DNA from: an uncultured Pseudomonadales bacterium
GTDB lineage: Bacteria; Patescibacteriota; Microgenomatia; UBA1400; PJMF01
DNA: 64,000 bases
Reading direction: 5' to 3'
Assembly: GCA_964533345.1 (NCBI GenBank)
Contig: CAZHLX010000001.1
Span: 1,292-65,291 of the forward strand
The notes beneath the pieces are model-generated. The model had not been told where the DNA came from. It saw nothing but the letters and a program-made list of their open reading frames with translations, and ran no database searches. The translations under genes were made by a program, and so were the position numbers. Positions 1-10,175 of this stretch are shown here, piece after piece (the first letter of the stretch is position 1; each line of letters begins with the position of its first letter).

Positions 1-1500
1 ACTGGATGGGAGATGCCAATTTATGTGGCTAACTTTGCCATCATGGAGTACGGGACGGGGATTGTGAAAGCTTGTCCAGCTCATGATGAGCGAGACTATG
101 AGTTTGCCAAGAAATACGATTTACCAATCGTAAAGGTGATTGATTCTGGTGATCCAGATCAAGGTGAGCTTTATGTTGGTGAGGGAAAAATGGTTGATGC
201 TGGTGATTTAACTGGGATGGAATCTCAAAAAGCCAGAGAAAAAATCATCAAGCAAGCAGTTAAAAAGGGATACGGTGAGGAGATGACCACTTATAAGCTT
301 CGTGACTGGCTAATCTCCAGGCAGAGATACTGGGGAGCACCAATCCCAATTGTTTATGATCCAGAAGGAAAACCTCACCCAGTTAAAGAAGAGCATCTGC
401 CTTGGAAGTTGCCCACTGATGTAGATTTTAAACCAACCGGTGAATCACCACTCAAATCAAGCAAAGAGTTTAAAGAACGTACTGAGAGACTCTATGGTAA
501 AGGCTGGACGCCAGAATATGACACAATGGACACTTTTGTAGACTCAAGCTGGTACTATCTGCGCTATGTTTCTTCTCGAGATGAGAGTGTTTTCTCTGCT
601 AAAGAGCAACTAGAGAAATGGCTACCAGTTGATTTCTATATGATTGGTCCAGAGCACATTGTGTTACATCTGCTGTACTCAAGGTTTTTCACCAAGTTCT
701 TGCGAGATCAAGGTTATCTTAAATTTGATGAGCCATTTATGAAGATGCGACATCAGGGGATGATCTTAGGCCCAGACGGGAAGAAGATGAGCAAGAGTAA
801 AGGTAATGTGATTAATCCTGATGATGTAGTCGAGAAGTTTGGGGCTGATACGCTACGAATGTACGAGATGTTCATGGGTCCTATCGAGGCTGATAAGCCA
901 TGGGATGTTAGTGCAGTGGCTGGAAACTACCGCTTTTTAAGTAGGGTTTACAAACTAGTTCAAACATGGTCAGTAATGTCTAATGATCTGGAGATTTCTA
1001 ACAATGTAGAGCTAGAACGCAAGCTTCATCAGACTATCAAAAAGGTAAATTCTGATATTCCTAATCTCAAATTTAATACCGCCATTGCCGCAATGATGGA
1101 GTTGGTTAATGTCTGGGAAGATGTGGTTAGAGAGCAAGACAATCCAGAAGTGATTGATCGAGATGGGGTAATGTCTTTTATCAAGATTCTAGCTCCATTT
1201 GCTCCCTTTATCACTGAAGAGCTCTATGAGATGGTCGGGGGAGATGAAGCCAGTATTCACCTTGAGTCTTGGCCAGAGTGGAATGAAGATCTAGCTAGAG
1301 AAGAACAAGTCTCAATCCCAGTTCAGATAAATGGTAAGGTCAGAGGAGAAGTGATGATCTCTCACAATCAAGTTAATGACAGAGATAATGTTTTATCGCT
1401 TGCCAAAGAAGTTCCTACTGTCCAGGATAACTTGAAGGATAAAGAACTTATCAAAGAAATCTATGTTCCAGGTAAGATTGTCAGTCTAGTAGTTAAATAG
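1..1500 (+). CDS. leuS: Leucyl-tRNA synthetase, C-terminal ~495 aa (5' end lies outside the window)
   Basis: Reading frame is open to the window edge. The class-I KMSKS loop is present as KMSKSKGN. LRDWLISRQRYWG and the C-terminal anticodon-binding region are typical of bacterial LeuRS. Confidence 0.9.
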   Translation, partial: TGWEMPIYVANFAIMEYGTGIVKACPAHDERDYEFAKKYDLPIVKVIDSGDPDQGELYVGEGKMVDAGDLTGMESQKAREKIIKQAVKKGYGEEMTTYKLRDWLISRQRYWGAPIPIVYDPEGKPHPVKEEHLPWKLPTDVDFKPTGESPLKSSKEFKERTERLYGKGWTPEYDTMDTFVDSSWYYLRYVSSRDESVFSAKEQLEKWLPVDFYMIGPEHIVLHLLYSRFFTKFLRDQGYLKFDEPFMKMRHQGMILGPDGKKMSKSKGNVINPDDVVEKFGADTLRMYEMFMGPIEADKPWDVSAVAGNYRFLSRVYKLVQTWSVMSNDLEISNNVELERKLHQTIKKVNSDIPNLKFNTAIAAMMELVNVWEDVVREQDNPEVIDRDGVMSFIKILAPFAPFITEELYEMVGGDEASIHLESWPEWNEDLAREEQVSIPVQINGKVRGEVMISHNQVNDRDNVLSLAKEVPTVQDNLKDKELIKEIYVPGKIVSLVVK

Positions 1501-1545
1501 CCACTTGTTACGTTCCCAGTAAACTTAGCCTACTAGAGTAGGCTT

Positions 1546-2187
1546 ATGTTTCTTGAAGAAGATTCTACTCCTAAGAAATTTTTTGATTGGCAGTTAGTCT
1601 TATGGCTATTGTTGTCAGTATTGGGGCTGGGAGTATCTAGCTACGGGATTTTTAGTTTAATAAACTTCTCTCACTCAATTGATTTTATTGAGGAAAAGCC
1701 ATTAGAGGCATCAAATTCTGCCTTTCTGTCTCCTATTCAAGGATATCTTTATGTAGATGTAGCTGGGGCGATAAATAAGCCAGGAATTTATCAGTTAGAA
1801 ACAGGCAGTCGATTAGCAGATCTGATTAGGAAAGCAGGTGATTTCACTCACCAGGCAGATCCAGAGTATGTATCCCAAAAACTAAACCTAGCTCAAAGAT
1901 TAAAAGATGGGGATAAGATATACATTCCCTCTCAGGAAGAAATTCATTATCAACAAGATGCTACTGAGTTCTGTCAGGATCTCCAGTCTGTGCCTGATGC
2001 AGGCCAGTTGCTAGTTTCTATTAATACAGCTTCCGCTGATGAGCTAGAGACTCTTGAGGGGATAGGTGAAAAGAGGGCTGAGGAGATTATTACAAATCGT
2101 CCCTATCAGGATATTAGTGAGTTAGTTGGGAGAGGAGTCTTAACAGAAAGTTTGTTTGAAAAAGTAAAAAATAGTCTTAGTTTATAG
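1546..2187 (+). CDS. comEA: ComEA-like DNA receptor (N-terminal TM, SLBB-like region, C-terminal helix-hairpin-helix)
   Basis: YVDVAGAINKPGIYQL..GSRLADLI resembles an SLBB domain. INTASADELETLEGIGEKRAEEII is the HhH motif. It lies directly upstream of comEC-like ORFs. Confidence 0.75.
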   Translation: MFLEEDSTPKKFFDWQLVLWLLLSVLGLGVSSYGIFSLINFSHSIDFIEEKPLEASNSAFLSPIQGYLYVDVAGAINKPGIYQLETGSRLADLIRKAGDFTHQADPEYVSQKLNLAQRLKDGDKIYIPSQEEIHYQQDATEFCQDLQSVPDAGQLLVSINTASADELETLEGIGEKRAEEIITNRPYQDISELVGRGVLTESLFEKVKNSLSL

Positions 2188-2189
2188 TT

Positions 2190-3536
2190 TTGGGTATTTT
2201 TAATAGATCTGTTTATAAAAAAATAATGAGATCAAAAATATATATTTATATCCTTTTAATAATATTAATACTTGCAAATATTATGCAAGAAATATTTTTG
2301 ACACGAAATGATAGATATCGAAACTCGACTGCAGATCGAGTGTGGTATGCAAAAAATATGCAAGATTGCAGGGTTAAAACCTTAGAATGGTCATTTTTCA
2401 TACCAAACTGCGAGCAGTATAAACAAGGTGATTTTCTTGAGGTAATTGGCAGTCATGGATGGGAGATTGATAAGAGCTTTTTTCAGCTAAAAAGATTGAA
2501 GATTCAGGCTGTTAATAAGATTCATCTAAATGTTGTTTCGGTAAAGTATTGGTGGGGAAGGGCATTAGTAGTAGTCGATCATTCTAAAACCTTTCTCCTC
2601 GAGAAGGGGTTGCTTTTTCTTCCTCAACCACATTCTAGCCTGGTAGGGAGCATGGTGTTTGGAGGTTCAACTAATCTTACTCGAGAGATTGAGGACGATT
2701 TTAAGATAACCGGTCTAACTCATATAGTTTCTGCCTCTGGTTATAACGTTTCTGTGGTTGCTAGCTTGGCCTTGGCTATCTTCTCAAGAATATTTTCTAA
2801 TAAGAGATTCTCAACGATATTAGTTTTGATAGTGGTTTGGAGTTACTCCATTGCTGCAGAGTTAGTGCCCCCAGTGATAAGATCCTCAATAATGATCTCA
2901 ATTAATTTGATTGCTTCAAAGGTCTTTTTTAGGCAATACAGCCTATTATTTTCACTCTTAATGACAATGGGTTTAATGCTCCTTTTAGAGCCATTTTATG
3001 CTCAGAGTTTGTCGTTTTGGTTATCAACTCTGGCTACCTTGGGCATAATCCTGGTTTTGCCCCTTTTAGAAAGCCATCCAGGACTGTTTTCTCGGCTAAG
3101 TACTGCTGATTTAATACAAAAAAATGAACTAAAAAATAAAAGTATTCTTAAAGAATCATTATTGGTAACTTTGGCAGCTCAAAGTTTAACACTACCTCTA
3201 GTGTCAGCTGTCTTTGGGGAGGTGAGCTTATTAAGTTTTTTGACTAATACTGTTTTGTTATGGCTTACACCAGTTATCACTCTATCTGGTTTAGCCTTGA
3301 TGATTATGGGTGTAATTTTATCCTTTCTGCCTGGTTTTTGGGAAGTGATTGGGCCAATTATAAGCACCATCGTTTGGTTTCCAACAGAGGTTTTTCTCTC
3401 GAGTGTGGAGTGGTTTGGTCAGTTTGAATGGGGGTTGGTTGAGTTTAGTTTACCTTGGTGGGCAGTTTGGTGCTGGTGGGGTATGCTGGGAGTAGTTATC
3501 TTGAGGAAAAAATATGCCACGTTTTTTGTTAACTAG
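2190..3536 (+). CDS. comEC: ComEC/Rec2 membrane channel portion (competence domain). The start is TTG at 2190 or ATG at 2226.
   Basis: Polytopic membrane ORF with the ComEC competence-domain motif ITGLTHIVSASGYNVSVV. It follows comEA. Confidence 0.75.
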   Translation: MGIFNRSVYKKIMRSKIYIYILLIILILANIMQEIFLTRNDRYRNSTADRVWYAKNMQDCRVKTLEWSFFIPNCEQYKQGDFLEVIGSHGWEIDKSFFQLKRLKIQAVNKIHLNVVSVKYWWGRALVVVDHSKTFLLEKGLLFLPQPHSSLVGSMVFGGSTNLTREIEDDFKITGLTHIVSASGYNVSVVASLALAIFSRIFSNKRFSTILVLIVVWSYSIAAELVPPVIRSSIMISINLIASKVFFRQYSLLFSLLMTMGLMLLLEPFYAQSLSFWLSTLATLGIILVLPLLESHPGLFSRLSTADLIQKNELKNKSILKESLLVTLAAQSLTLPLVSAVFGEVSLLSFLTNTVLLWLTPVITLSGLALMIMGVILSFLPGFWEVIGPIISTIVWFPTEVFLSSVEWFGQFEWGLVEFSLPWWAVWCWWGMLGVVILRKKYATFFVN

Positions 3537-4488
3537 CTTAGTGGGAGTAATGGTTTTTCTAGCTCAGATCTGGAGTTCTTGGCCAGATAAATATGTCCAT
3601 CTGGTTTTTTGTGATGTTGGCCAAGGTGACGCCACACTAATTACAGCTGGTTTTACTCAGATATTGATAGATGGTGGTCGGGGAGGTGAAGTCATGAGTT
3701 GTTTGGAAGAACATCTTCCATTTTGGGATAGAAGAATTGAGTTGTTAGTCGCAACACACGCTGATGCGGATCATATTGGTGGCTTGGATGATGTTTTAGC
3801 TGAGTATGAAGTCTCACAGATCATGACTACAGAGTTTGCAAAGGATACTGATACCTTCTTGGACTTCAAAAAGGAGGTGGAGGAAGAGCTCAGACTGGGG
3901 GCTGTTTTAAAAAAGCCGATTTTGGGGCAGCAGATAAGTTTTAGTCAGGAAGCCTCTCGATCTAAATGGATCAAAAAGGGTCAGTTGCCAGAAATAACAT
4001 TTTCAGTGATATCACCTCAAGTTGAAACACTAGAACTTGCACTCCAAAATCAGCAAAATCCCGAAGATACATTATCGGATTCTAGTCAGGTATTGGGTGT
4101 GAGTTTAGATGATAGTTTTGATTACAATGACCTATCAATCGCAGCTTTATTAGAGGTTGGTGAGGTCAAAGTATTACTAATGGGTGATCTTGAGCAGAAT
4201 GGAGAGTTAGCATTAATAAATAGTAATTTGTTAGATCGAGTAGACATACTAAAAGTAGGGCACCATGGGGCAAAAACAAGCTCTAGTCTTGAGTTTATAT
4301 CTCAAGTTAGACCCGAAACTTCGCTTGTTAGTGTGGGTGGAAACAACAGCTATGGACACCCTTCTCCAGAGGTGATTGACAGATTGATGCAGTTTGATAG
4401 TAATGTTCTAAGAACAGATGAGCTGGGAACAATAGAGATAGTTAGTAATGGTGATAAATACTGGTTAGTTAAAGAACTGCCTTTTTAA
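3514..4488 (+). CDS. comEC: ComEC C-terminal metallo-beta-lactamase domain, encoded as a separate ORF that overlaps the channel ORF by 23 nt
   Basis: One TM helix, then MBL motifs: DVGQGDATLI, HADADHIGG, VGHHGAKTSS, SYGHPSPEV. Confidence 0.75.
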   Translation: MPRFLLTSLVGVMVFLAQIWSSWPDKYVHLVFCDVGQGDATLITAGFTQILIDGGRGGEVMSCLEEHLPFWDRRIELLVATHADADHIGGLDDVLAEYEVSQIMTTEFAKDTDTFLDFKKEVEEELRLGAVLKKPILGQQISFSQEASRSKWIKKGQLPEITFSVISPQVETLELALQNQQNPEDTLSDSSQVLGVSLDDSFDYNDLSIAALLEVGEVKVLLMGDLEQNGELALINSNLLDRVDILKVGHHGAKTSSSLEFISQVRPETSLVSVGGNNSYGHPSPEVIDRLMQFDSNVLRTDELGTIEIVSNGDKYWLVKELPF

Positions 4489-5024
4489 GTTCATTTTTTT
4501 ATCAATGACTATTACTTTTGATGGACAAAAATTTAGTTTCGAAACAAAACCCGAACTAAGTGTAGGGGTGTGATATAGAAACTTTGACCAGTATAAATTC
4601 AGGTGATTTTTTTTATCAAAAACAGTTGCTTGCTCATTTTTCTAGTTATAGCTTATTAAGCTTTGATTCCCCCAAGAAAAATACTAATGCCTTTTTCACT
4701 TCATAAAGAAATATTTAATTGATGAGTGTGTGTGATGAGCATAATTTTTCATATAACCAGTGAACTGTGTCAAAATGCTCATCTAATTTACCAGAGAAGA
4801 TAACCCGAATATGGTTTCTCAAAAATATGGTTTTTGAGTACAAATAATCTTGAGAAAGTAATGCTTTTGCTTAACATGAAATCTTCATCAATGAGTAAAA
4901 TCATTACTCATAATGAGCATGGGCTTTAAGCTATTCAGAATCCGATAGTTTTTAGGCAAATTTTCATCAAAAATCAAGGCTGACCTTGTTATATAATTTA
5001 GGGAGAAAGAAATTGAGATAGCTC

Positions 5025-6758
5025 ATGTCAGTCACTATACAAATAAAAAACCAGTTAGAAAAAGCTCTAAAAAAAGCAGAGCTGCCAGTGGTTGAGATTC
5101 ACCTAGAACATCCCGCAGACTTAACTCATGGAGACTATGCCACCAACGTTGCGTTAGTCATTTTTGGACAACTAGATGATGAGCAAAAAGCTGAGTTTAA
5201 CAACCCACGACAACTGGCTGAAAAATTAGTTTCTATGGTTCAACTTCCAAGTGAGCTGGTCAGTGAAGTAAGTGTGGCTGGTCCTGGCTTTATCAATTTT
5301 ACCCTTTCTGAACACTTCCTACTTGAAGAGCTTGAGCAAATACTTACAAAAAGTGAACAATTAGTATCCCAAATGAACTCGGGGAAAAAGGTGATCGTAG
5401 AGTATTCATCACCCAATATTGCTAAACCTTTTACAATCGGTCATCTGCGTTCTACTATCATCGGCAATACTGTTGCTAACCTGCTGGTAGCAACTGGTGG
5501 AGAAGTAATGCGTGATAACCACCTAGGTGACTGGGGGACTCAGTTTGGAAAACAGATCTATGCCATTAAAACATGGGGTGATGAAACAAAAATTGAGGAA
5601 TCTGAGCGACCAGTAAAAGAGTTGGTAGAGCTGTATGTTAAGTTCCATCAGGAAGCAGAACAAGACTCTTCTCTTGAGGAAAAAGGTCGGGAATGGTTTA
5701 AAAAACTAGAAGATGGAGATGAAGAGGCCAGGCGTTTATGGCAGCGATGTATTGATTGGTCATGGAAAGAGTTCTCAGTTATCTATCAGCGGTTAGGGAT
5801 TAGTTTTAGCTCTGAGTTTAATGATGGTAAAGGTCTAGGAGAGTCATTCTTTGAAGATAAAATGGCGCCAATTATTGAGAAGTTAGAGGAAGATGGTTTG
5901 ATTAAAGAGGGTAATAATGGGGCTAAGCTATTCTTTTTTGAGGAGGATAAATATCCACCGGCCATGATTCTTAAACAGGACGGGGCCACTCTCTATCACA
6001 CTCGAGACTTAGCAACTGATAAATATCGTCTAGATACTTATCAACCAGACTTAATCATCAATGAAGTAGGAGCTGAACAAGAACTTTACTTTAAGCAGCT
6101 CTTTGAGATGGAGCAGATTCTAGGCTGGTATCAGCCGGAACAAAGAGTCCATGTTAAGCATGGCATGTTTAGGTTTGAAGATAAAAAAATGTCTACCAGA
6201 AAAGGCAATGTTATTTGGCTAGAGGATGTGCTTCAAGAAGCCTATGATCGGGTTGCCCGGATTGCAGAGGAAAGACTAGATGAGAAAGGACTATGGAAGA
6301 TTGCCATTGGGGCATTGAAATGGAATGATCTCAAACGTAAGGCTGAGTTAAATGTGGTTTTTGACTGGGATGAAATTATTAGATTAGATGGCAACTCAGG
6401 TCCGTATGTGCAGTACACCTTTACTCGTTGTCAGAGCGTACTAGACAAAGCTGATTTCAGATCTTCAGGAGATTTACCAGTAGTTGAGCTAAATAAATTA
6501 GAAAACCAGATTTTAAGAACCTTAATGAGGTTCGGGGAAGTCGTCGAGAAATCAGCTCAAGAGCTAGCGCCTCACCATCTTTGTACTTATCTCTTTGAGC
6601 TCTCAGCTTTGTTTAACAGTTTCTATAATCAGCACCAGATCCTAGGTGCCAAGGATGAGGACTTAAGGGCTTTAAGATTGCACCTAACTCAGGCTGTGGC
6701 CACGGTTTTAGATCAAGGCTTAGATATTTTAGGAATTGAGACCTTAAAGAAGATGTAG
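5025..6758 (+). CDS. argS: Arginyl-tRNA synthetase
   Basis: SSPNIAKPFTIGHLRSTIIGN is the HIGH-region variant. MSTRKGN is the KMSK-region variant. The C-terminal DALR-type anticodon-binding region ends in ...LKKM. Confidence 0.9.
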   Translation: MSVTIQIKNQLEKALKKAELPVVEIHLEHPADLTHGDYATNVALVIFGQLDDEQKAEFNNPRQLAEKLVSMVQLPSELVSEVSVAGPGFINFTLSEHFLLEELEQILTKSEQLVSQMNSGKKVIVEYSSPNIAKPFTIGHLRSTIIGNTVANLLVATGGEVMRDNHLGDWGTQFGKQIYAIKTWGDETKIEESERPVKELVELYVKFHQEAEQDSSLEEKGREWFKKLEDGDEEARRLWQRCIDWSWKEFSVIYQRLGISFSSEFNDGKGLGESFFEDKMAPIIEKLEEDGLIKEGNNGAKLFFFEEDKYPPAMILKQDGATLYHTRDLATDKYRLDTYQPDLIINEVGAEQELYFKQLFEMEQILGWYQPEQRVHVKHGMFRFEDKKMSTRKGNVIWLEDVLQEAYDRVARIAEERLDEKGLWKIAIGALKWNDLKRKAELNVVFDWDEIIRLDGNSGPYVQYTFTRCQSVLDKADFRSSGDLPVVELNKLENQILRTLMRFGEVVEKSAQELAPHHLCTYLFELSALFNSFYNQHQILGAKDEDLRALRLHLTQAVATVLDQGLDILGIETLKKM

Positions 6759-7108
6759 TTTGATTTGTTGCTCATCATTTAAATATATTGTTTTACTTTT
6801 AAATACACAAAGATAAATTAAATCTAAAAACAACACTTATTCCTGTCTCATAATTACGGTGGCTTAGCCTAGTGACAAATAGGGGAAAGTGTCGTATAAT
6901 ATTTTTTTGATGTTTGTTCAAACTTTATCAAGTTTGCATTTTTCAACGGACTCATCCTCACAAGGACAGCTGCCGAATAGTGTTTTTTTCTCAAATTTGA
7001 ATTTTCCAGGACCATGTCAAGTAGCTTTTTTATCAAGTGAAGTCCGATAGTATATAAATATATGATATATTAAATGTGTCATAAGACATATTTAGAAAAG
7101 AGGTTAAA

Positions 7109-8104
7109 ATGAAAGCAGAACAACAAGCTGAAAGACCAGGTGGTCTTTCTCGACGCGATTTTCTTAAAGCTGCACTGGGTATTTTGGGTGCTATTGCTAT
7201 TCCTCCGATCGTAATTGGTTTGATAGAAAAGGGATCCTTCAAGGAAGCAATGCTAGAAATCTGGGGAGGGATAGAGAAGTCTTTTAAGAAGAGAATTGAG
7301 AATGGAGAAATACCTCCTGAGACTGCTACTGCCGAGTTTATTCCCACTGTGACAAAGACGGCTACTGAGGCAGGTATTCCTACGGAGGTAATAGTTGCAA
7401 CAATAACTGAAACTCCAGTCCCTACTTTTACTCCAACCGCTACTGAAACAGAGGTGCCGGCTAAGGAGTATCCATTAGTAACTGAGTATGCACGATTAAA
7501 TGAGTGTTTCTTCCCTCCAGAAGATTTGTTAAGTGGTGAGGTTTGGAACTGGCTGAAATTATCAGTTGCTCCAACTCTTGTCGCTGGTTTTCAGGAGAGA
7601 GTTAATGAGATGAAGTTGGATCTAGAATTATGGCCAATCAATCTTCATGGAGTTACAGTCTTAATATATAACCCCAATGAAGCTCCAAACTTTAAAGACC
7701 CAAGGACAGCTCCTTTTGAGAGAATGACTGCTCTTGGATATACCACATATGAGGGAAATCAATACGAAGTTTTGCCAGTATTTTTCCCTGTAGTAGAAGA
7801 GCAAGGTGGGAATCTAGTAGTAACAGATGTAGAACCAATGATCACTGTTATTAGATACCGTACAGATATCACTCCTGAGAATATCCCTTCTGATGATGTC
7901 TACACAGCCGATATGAATTCAACCCCAGTCTCCACAGATCCTGAGGGAGATGCCTTAGTTGAGCAGTCATGGGAGAACTTCGGTGGGCGAGATAGGCTCG
8001 AGGGATTGTTCCAAAAAGCTTTGGACAAAAATAGCTTACTCGGTGTTTGTAAACCTGGGGTATTGTTCAATACTAAACAGGCTCGAGCAAACATATTGAA
8101 GTAG
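7109..8104 (+). CDS. Secreted hypothetical protein with a twin-arginine (Tat) signal and a Thr/Pro-rich linker
   Basis: N-terminus ...GGLSRRDFLKAALGILGAIAIPP matches the S/T-R-R-x-F-L-K Tat consensus followed by an h-region. An SD-like aaagagg lies 8 nt upstream of the ATG. Confidence 0.6.
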   Translation: MKAEQQAERPGGLSRRDFLKAALGILGAIAIPPIVIGLIEKGSFKEAMLEIWGGIEKSFKKRIENGEIPPETATAEFIPTVTKTATEAGIPTEVIVATITETPVPTFTPTATETEVPAKEYPLVTEYARLNECFFPPEDLLSGEVWNWLKLSVAPTLVAGFQERVNEMKLDLELWPINLHGVTVLIYNPNEAPNFKDPRTAPFERMTALGYTTYEGNQYEVLPVFFPVVEEQGGNLVVTDVEPMITVIRYRTDITPENIPSDDVYTADMNSTPVSTDPEGDALVEQSWENFGGRDRLEGLFQKALDKNSLLGVCKPGVLFNTKQARANILK

Positions 8105-8158
8105 TTTGAGTCATTCTGCTTGATAGATTAATCAGCTTGAATATGCTTTAATTAAAGT

Positions 8159-8686
8159 GTGACCTTTAAACGAGTTCTGGCTGCCCTGTTTTCTTTCTTC
8201 CTGTTAGTTGTTTTTTTAATTTGGTTCACTGGATTAGGTCATTATTTTCTAATAGTGAATGCTATCCGTGGTTTGGGTAGTAGGTACAAAGAGAATGCTA
8301 CCCAAGAGTTCTATGCTGAGGGGAAGTCAGATAAAGTCGTTGCTGGTACGTTAGCAATGATTGTTAAGAGTAATAATTCAAAGATATACCTCTGGAGTAA
8401 CAACAAGCTAAAGAGTTTCTGGGTTGATAAACACACCACTTATTTTTATTATGATATATGTAGTGTTATGGGCAAATCTTCAGGTGAAGGTTTTGATATC
8501 GGAAGTGATAGCAAAATACTCGCTAATGATTTGGACGAATGGAACTCTTTTGTTGGGCGAGGTAGTTTTGTACAGCTGAGTCTTGATGATTCTGCAGAAA
8601 ATGAGCAAGCTCATATAAGAGAGATAAGGGCTTATAGTCATCCCTTATTTTTACCACTACCAATGGATTATATATGCGAAAACTAA
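8159..8686 (+). CDS. Hypothetical N-terminally anchored protein (GTG start)
   Basis: Single N-terminal TM (VLAALFSFFLLVVFLIWFTGL). Its end overlaps the next ORF by 13 nt. No recognisable motif. Confidence 0.4.
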   Translation: MTFKRVLAALFSFFLLVVFLIWFTGLGHYFLIVNAIRGLGSRYKENATQEFYAEGKSDKVVAGTLAMIVKSNNSKIYLWSNNKLKSFWVDKHTTYFYYDICSVMGKSSGEGFDIGSDSKILANDLDEWNSFVGRGSFVQLSLDDSAENEQAHIREIRAYSHPLFLPLPMDYICEN

Positions 8687-10152
8687 ACCAACTCTTTTTT
8701 ATCATCTTCTTCCTGGTAAGTGTCTTTGTTGGTTTGCAGATCAGTAACTCATACCCTGAAGTAAATGCCTTAGCAGATTGTGTATGTGATGACTGGAAAT
8801 GTGATAACGTTTGGTATGAGGAACCGGGTAAATCTGATTACCCAGGCTGGCATTCTATCTGCTGGTGTGAGTCTTCACAATGTGTTTCTTTAGAGTGCAA
8901 CCCCGGATCATATGTTTGTAATAGAGATGGTCAGTGTTGTCCGATCGGAACAGTTGATCCTACTCCAACTCCTGGTGGGGGCACTCCTTCTCCTGATCCC
9001 AGTGATCCTCCTGATCCAGACCCATACTGTGGAGATGGAACTTGTAATGGGGGAGAAGATTGCTTCAATTGTCCGGGGGATTGTAATGTTTGCTGTGGAG
9101 ATGGAAGTTGTAATTATGGTGAGACCTGTGAATCTTGTGTGAGTGACTGTGGTGCTTGTCCTCCTGGGCCATACTGTGGAGATGGAACTTGTGATATTGA
9201 TGAGTCATGTAATTCTTGTTTCTTAGACTGTGGTGCTTGTCCAACTTGTGGTGATGGTTCATGCAATGGTTTTGAAACCTGTGCAGACTGTGTCTCTGAC
9301 TGTGGTGCTTGCCCAGCTACTTTTGCTTGGTGGCAAGTTAGAGGAGGAACCCTTGCATCTGAGGCTAGCTATGGTTACGCCATAAGCTCAGAAGTGCCAG
9401 ACGAAACAACCTGCATTGAGCCCAACTGCTATCCCTATTTATCTGCTACAGACATGGCTAACACCCCAGATAGTGATGGAATTCCTATCATCTCTGGAGG
9501 AGAGGTGTCTGCAAATGGTCGAGTTGGAGTGCGTGGTGATGATATCTATGCCTCTGACACCACTAAGACTCGTTTGCGAGAAACCTATTCTTTCTTCTAC
9601 AGTCAATACAGCTTAGGTCTTTCACCTGAAGATGACTATGTCGGGAGTGAAGGTGATGCCTTGAAACCTGGCACAACTAAGGATGCCTATTTTCATTCTG
9701 GAGACATGACTATTCAAAGTCCCTGGAGTGTGACAACTGGAGAAAGCTTCGTGGTCTTTATTGATGGTGATTTAACGATTGAAGATCCAGGAGCTGTAGG
9801 AGAGTTGATCACAGTTGATGAAGGAGGATTCTTGGCCTTTATTGTCTCTGGTGATATCAATATTGCTGATAGCGTTGGTCATAGTACTCTTACAAACTTG
9901 ACAGGAAATTTAGAGGGAGTTTATATCGCTGACGGGAACTTAACGATAAATACCAATGGCGCTTTGGATAACAGATTTGTTGGGGAGGGAACTTTTGTTG
10001 GCTGGAATGGTGTTGATATGTTACGTGACTTTGATGAGAGTGCCAGCAATGAGCTCTATCCTACTGAGATGTTTGTCTATCGTCCTGATCTAGTAAAGAA
10101 CACTCCTGAAAAAATGAAGCGTTCTCAAATGATTTGGCAAGAAACTAACTAA
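8674..10152 (+). CDS. Secreted cysteine-rich repeat protein with a conserved ~270-aa C-terminal domain (paralog A)
   Basis: Signal/anchor helix, Pro/Asp/Thr linker, four CGDG(S/T)C..E.C..C..DCG.C repeats, then a C-terminal domain shared with ORF 10176-11252. Confidence 0.7.
   Translation: MRKLNQLFFIIFFLVSVFVGLQISNSYPEVNALADCVCDDWKCDNVWYEEPGKSDYPGWHSICWCESSQCVSLECNPGSYVCNRDGQCCPIGTVDPTPTPGGGTPSPDPSDPPDPDPYCGDGTCNGGEDCFNCPGDCNVCCGDGSCNYGETCESCVSDCGACPPGPYCGDGTCDIDESCNSCFLDCGACPTCGDGSCNGFETCADCVSDCGACPATFAWWQVRGGTLASEASYGYAISSEVPDETTCIEPNCYPYLSATDMANTPDSDGIPIISGGEVSANGRVGVRGDDIYASDTTKTRLRETYSFFYSQYSLGLSPEDDYVGSEGDALKPGTTKDAYFHSGDMTIQSPWSVTTGESFVVFIDGDLTIEDPGAVGELITVDEGGFLAFIVSGDINIADSVGHSTLTNLTGNLEGVYIADGNLTINTNGALDNRFVGEGTFVGWNGVDMLRDFDESASNELYPTEMFVYRPDLVKNTPEKMKRSQMIWQETN
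9028..9312 (+). repeat. Four tandem ~70-75-nt coding repeats (CGDGxC cysteine module)
   Basis: The units tgtggagatggaa(c/g)ttgt...gactgtggtgcttg(t/c)cc recur. They translate to CGDGTCNGGEDCFNCPGDCNVC, CGDGSCNYGETCESCVSDCGAC, CGDGTCDIDESCNSCFLDCGAC and CGDGSCNGFETCADCVSDCGAC. Confidence 0.85.
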
Positions 10153-10175
10153 GTTAAGATTTTTAAAATAAGCCT

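Noticed and set aside
9028-9312. Regularly spaced ~70-75-nt tandem repeats that could be mistaken for a CRISPR-like array
   Set aside because: The repeats lie in frame inside a long ORF and translate to a conserved cysteine module. There are no unique spacers between short identical repeats, and no cas genes are in the window.
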